From contig CAWHVC010000003.1 of assembly GCA_963832745.1 (NCBI GenBank), forward strand, positions 384,001 through 448,000: DNA of 64,000 bases, given 5' to 3'. A model generated the notes under the pieces. The model saw only the letters and a list, made by a program, of their open reading frames with translations, did no database searches and was not told the DNA's origin. Source of the DNA: Candidatus Bathyarchaeota archaeon (GTDB taxonomy: Archaea > Thermoproteota > Bathyarchaeia > Bathyarchaeales > Bathycorpusculaceae). Position numbers and translations under genes: made by a program. Shown one piece after another: positions 60,909 to 64,000 of this stretch (the first letter of the stretch is position 1; each line of letters opens with the position of its first letter).

Positions 60909-62333
60909 TTAATCTCCTCGTGGGATTGTCAAAAAGAATGGTTCTGGCCCCATTTCTGCTGTTGCATAAACAGCTAAAGCCATAGCCCAAAAAGCGTCGT
61001 CGTTTGTTCCTTGTGGGTGGTGATACCCGATTGTGCCGTCTTTGTTTAGGCTATAGCGTTCAACGTTAAGTTCTGTGCAGATTTCTCCCCTGTAAGGTCT
61101 TTCCCAGTGAAGAAGGGGATAAAAGAGTTGGCGGTTTGCCATGCGTTGTTTGAGCAGGCTTGCCATTTCGCTTTTTCGTGGTACACTAAAGTTTACTCCT
61201 TCCGCGTTTCGGATGCCTGCGGCTTCCATGTCGGCGATTATGCTTGGGCCTTCGCGTGTGAAGTCTACGCGGATTTTTTGGAATCCGTGCCAGCGATCTT
61301 GCAGGGCTTTAAGGTAACCTAAAACGGTGGCGTATATGGTGGGTTGCTGGAAGATTTTGAGGTGCCGCAGAAACAGTCGCTCGTCAGCTTTTTCTATTAC
61401 GGCAAGGGCGGTGTAGTCGCGGGTTTGAGCCAAATCCAACCCAACAAAGAATGTTCCTCGGCGTTCGGTTTCAGGGTTGTATTCCTGCAGGTCTTCTCCG
61501 CAAGTGGCTATGGTGCCTATGCATTGGGCGATTTGGCTTTGGGTTAACCATACGTCTTGGTCTTCTGCCCATTCCGCCTGCATCTCACGGCGCCAACGGA
61601 TCGGGTCATCACCCATCTGGGTTTTGATTTTCTGTATTATGCCCTGCTTTAACGGTCCATTGGGTTCCATGGCTTGTTCGACGGTTACGTGTGAGGTTTT
61701 GTAGTCGGCAAAGTCTTTGTGGTTAAAGATTTTGAAAAAGACGCTGTCGGTGTGCCATGGTGTACTGCTGCAGACGAATTTGCCATCTGTTGTGCCAAGA
61801 GTGTAGAGAATGGCGTCGTATAGTTCTTGGTCGTTGGCGACAAAATTGAATTCGTCAGCGTAGACCACGTGGAGGGTTGGTCCTCGGATGGTTTCGGGGT
61901 TGTTTGGGAATGCTTCGATTGTGCTGCCGTTGGTGAAGTGGATTTGGGTGCGTTGAGGCTTAAACGCGTAACCCGAAGGCAGTTTGTGGGTGAATGCTGC
62001 GATGCGTGAGAGGATTCGTTTGGTTTGCCGCCAACTTGGACCTACTATGCCGACTGCGCTGTCTGGATGCGTTACTGCATACCATAATAGCAGGGCAGCT
62101 ACAATGAAGCTTTTGCCACTTTGGCGGCTCCACCGTGCCGCTGTAAACTGGTTACCCACAAATAGGCGAATAAACTGTTCTTGATAACTAAACGGCGAGA
62201 ACCCCAAGAGTTCCCTGCAGAAAACTATGGGGTCACTGCTGAGCAACTCTGTTTTTTCTTGCGCCAACTCTTCGGCTAGCTGGTTATTCTGTTGGAGCTT
62301 GTGCCACCGTGGTAGGAACTGGTTGGGGCGCAG
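60909..62333 (-). CDS. terL: Terminase large subunit (ATPase plus RNase H-like nuclease)
   Basis: YQ adenine motif, RQSGKS Walker A, VYADE Walker B, SSTP motif III, GLDLA..D, VD, NDD; frame is open to CTG62333 (ORF track start 62267). Confidence 0.92.
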   Translation of the reverse strand: MRPNQFLPRWHKLQQNNQLAEELAQEKTELLSSDPIVFCRELLGFSPFSYQEQFIRLFVGNQFTAARWSRQSGKSFIVAALLLWYAVTHPDSAVGIVGPSWRQTKRILSRIAAFTHKLPSGYAFKPQRTQIHFTNGSTIEAFPNNPETIRGPTLHVVYADEFNFVANDQELYDAILYTLGTTDGKFVCSSTPWHTDSVFFKIFNHKDFADYKTSHVTVEQAMEPNGPLKQGIIQKIKTQMGDDPIRWRREMQAEWAEDQDVWLTQSQIAQCIGTIATCGEDLQEYNPETERRGTFFVGLDLAQTRDYTALAVIEKADERLFLRHLKIFQQPTIYATVLGYLKALQDRWHGFQKIRVDFTREGPSIIADMEAAGIRNAEGVNFSVPRKSEMASLLKQRMANRQLFYPLLHWERPYRGEICTELNVERYSLNKDGTIGYHHPQGTNDDAFWAMALAVYATAEMGPEPFFLTIPRGD

Positions 62334-62751
62334 GGTTTTGGCTTATGTTTTGCAGGAGCGCGGCATATTTTGCCTCCATATCGTTTAGTTTGGCTTCGAT
62401 TTCTCGGTAATTGATGTAGTCAGCTAAGATTTCCTTGTAGGCGCGGGCTAAGGTGGCGACGACTTGGAGCCGCTGCACCTCGGTTTTGCTTAAGCCTGGT
62501 TCAGATGCGGCTTCTAAGGCTCCGGCAAGTTTTCTGAGAGTTTCTTCTACGCTTGGCAACTCTTCGGGCAACGGCAATTGTTTCTCGGTTGCTTGCCCAC
62601 TGATTTGCAGTCCAAGACGTTGACTTTTAACAAGAACCGCAGTTGGCTGCCTACACAACGCTGCAGCTATAACGTCAAGAGGCGTATTTGCCAGAACCAG
62701 TTTTCTTAGTTGGGCTTCTTCTTGAGGCGTCCAAGGTAATCCACGAGTCAC
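62284..62751 (-). CDS. HTH plus helical protein, candidate terminase small subunit
   Basis: WTPQEEAQLRKL..LDVIAAAL.R..AV..K..RLGL HTH, then coiled helices; GGTGA RBS; directly upstream of terL. Confidence 0.65.
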   Translation of the reverse strand: MTRGLPWTPQEEAQLRKLVLANTPLDVIAAALCRQPTAVLVKSQRLGLQISGQATEKQLPLPEELPSVEETLRKLAGALEAASEPGLSKTEVQRLQVVATLARAYKEILADYINYREIEAKLNDMEAKYAALLQNISQNPAPQPVPTTVAQAPTE

Positions 62752-62919
62752 ATTTTCACCTGTACAACTGGAAACGCAAGGTTGCTTTTGGAGTTTTTTA
62801 TCGTTAAAAAAGGTGCATAATTTAATGTCTTTTGTAAACTAGTTAAATGTTAAAGCTTTTTTTAGAGCACATTTTTAAGTTTCTTACCGTTATGGGAAAC
62901 TTTTTTTATACAGACAACT

Positions 62920-63141
62920 ATGTGTAAGAGATACAAAGGATGGAACGATAAGCTGGACCAGTTAAATAACATTTTAATTTTCTTGGTTCTTATTCCAATG
63001 CTTGTGAGTTCATTTATCGGCATATTAGTCTACATCTTTGGGGTTAATAACACGTTAATTTTGTTTATAGTTGGAATTGTTTGTTTTCTAGCCTTTTCAG
63101 GGTTTGTTCGCTTACTATGCAAACTATTTAGTAGCAGCTAG
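62920..63141 (+). CDS. Small two-TM membrane protein
   Basis: 73-aa hydrophobic ORF with a TATA-like box upstream. Confidence 0.5.
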   Translation: MCKRYKGWNDKLDQLNNILIFLVLIPMLVSSFIGILVYIFGVNNTLILFIVGIVCFLAFSGFVRLLCKLFSSS

Positions 63142-63274
63142 ACACATGAATTTGCCATAAAAAATATTCAGCAAATCAGAGCGCCTAAATCAGTTTTCCT
63201 AGATTGCAACGTTTGGGAAACTCTTTTTATGACTCCGCTTCACCGTATTATGTTCAAGATGGATTGGTAACTCA

Positions 63275-64000
63275 ATGCCTAACGTTTTTGAGCAAATCAG
63301 AAATCAACCCAGCATGCTCTTGCCATTGTTACCACTGATAGCATTTGTTATTCCTCTGCTTGGATTATACCTATTCAATCCTGTCGAACCCTTCATAGGC
63401 ATAACATCAGATTATACAGCTCAAAAAACGTTCGAGTCAATGTGGAAAGGCAGAACCTTTGAATTATTCTTTGTTTGGTTAATCGGCCTTGAACTTATTT
63501 TAGGCTGGGAAAACTTTAAAGAAACAAAATTAAAAAAACTTGCAGCCCCACGCACCATAGCGCTCATAGTAGCTTTAATCCTTCCAACACTTTACGTTTT
63601 GGCATCATACACTTTTGGATTAAATGACACCATCGTAAATTGGGCGCTTTCAAACAATGTTCAGGGCGGCTGGGCTACAACAATGCCCGTATCCATTGAA
63701 TACTTAGCCTTTGCAGCCGTCTTCACGGCAGTAGCGTTTTTGATGTTTGGCAAAAAAGGCTTAATCAACTATGCCTTACCAGCGTTTTTCATGATAATGG
63801 TTGGAGTAATATACATCATTGACAACGTGTACCCGTACGGCCAGTTTACGTTGTTCCAGTTTTTTGTTCCAACCGCAGCCGCAACAGCCGCAGCATTCTT
63901 CAACCTAATGGGATACAACACAGTTTTAACTCAACAGACAGACATGGTCCATGGAACAATGCCAGTCTTAACTGTTTCAGGCCCAGCAGGAGTCACACAG
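63275..64000 (+). CDS. Exosortase/archaeosortase family protein (partial, runs off window end)
   Basis: Multi-TM ORF, FESMWKGRTF and IDNVYPYG..FQ..VP motifs resemble thaumarchaeosortase-type proteins; catalytic Cys not within window. Confidence 0.65.
   Translation, partial: MPNVFEQIRNQPSMLLPLLPLIAFVIPLLGLYLFNPVEPFIGITSDYTAQKTFESMWKGRTFELFFVWLIGLELILGWENFKETKLKKLAAPRTIALIVALILPTLYVLASYTFGLNDTIVNWALSNNVQGGWATTMPVSIEYLAFAAVFTAVAFLMFGKKGLINYALPAFFMIMVGVIYIIDNVYPYGQFTLFQFFVPTAAATAAAFFNLMGYNTVLTQQTDMVHGTMPVLTVSGPAGVTQ

Noticed and set aside
58630-63141. Complete provirus
   Set aside because: No portal, capsid, tail, integrase or att repeats seen between the flanking host genes
62888-63231. Imperfect direct repeat TGGGAAACT.TTTTTAT as a target-site duplication
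   Set aside because: Both copies sit at promoter distance from start codons and fit a BRE-TATA element; simpler explanation

Overview
Archaeal chromosome segment. The gene set (MCM/GINS, RFC-S/L, aIF2-alpha/Nop10/S27e/L44e, Taw1, Trm5, Rpo12, archaeosortase-like, Lrp-flanked beta-propeller surface protein) suggests Bathyarchaeia; this is an inference. Housekeeping blocks are interrupted by four accessory regions. (1) A 16.2-kb AT-rich composite element (4583-20796) is integrated in tRNA-Leu(GAG). It has three att copies and an SSV-type split tyrosine integrase with two alternative in-frame N-termini. It also carries an ATPase plus fused PriS-PriL primase replication module and defence-like cargo (phosphohistidine swivel-domain fusion, PD-(D/E)xK nuclease, HEPN-like protein). 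(2) A secreted-peptide/ABC exporter locus (34.7-38.3 kb). (3) An Lrp-Lrp-beta-propeller cassette (46.5-50.5 kb) sits between the two halves of a ~130-bp non-coding site whose contiguous 'empty' form occurs at 4436-4566. This is a candidate cassette-mobilisation system and the most novel signal here. (4) An island with FRG and Abi-like genes and an orphan TerS-like/TerL terminase pair with no portal or capsid genes (58.6-63.1 kb). Many single-base frameshifts in short homopolymers suggest long-read indel errors, so pseudogene calls are tentative.
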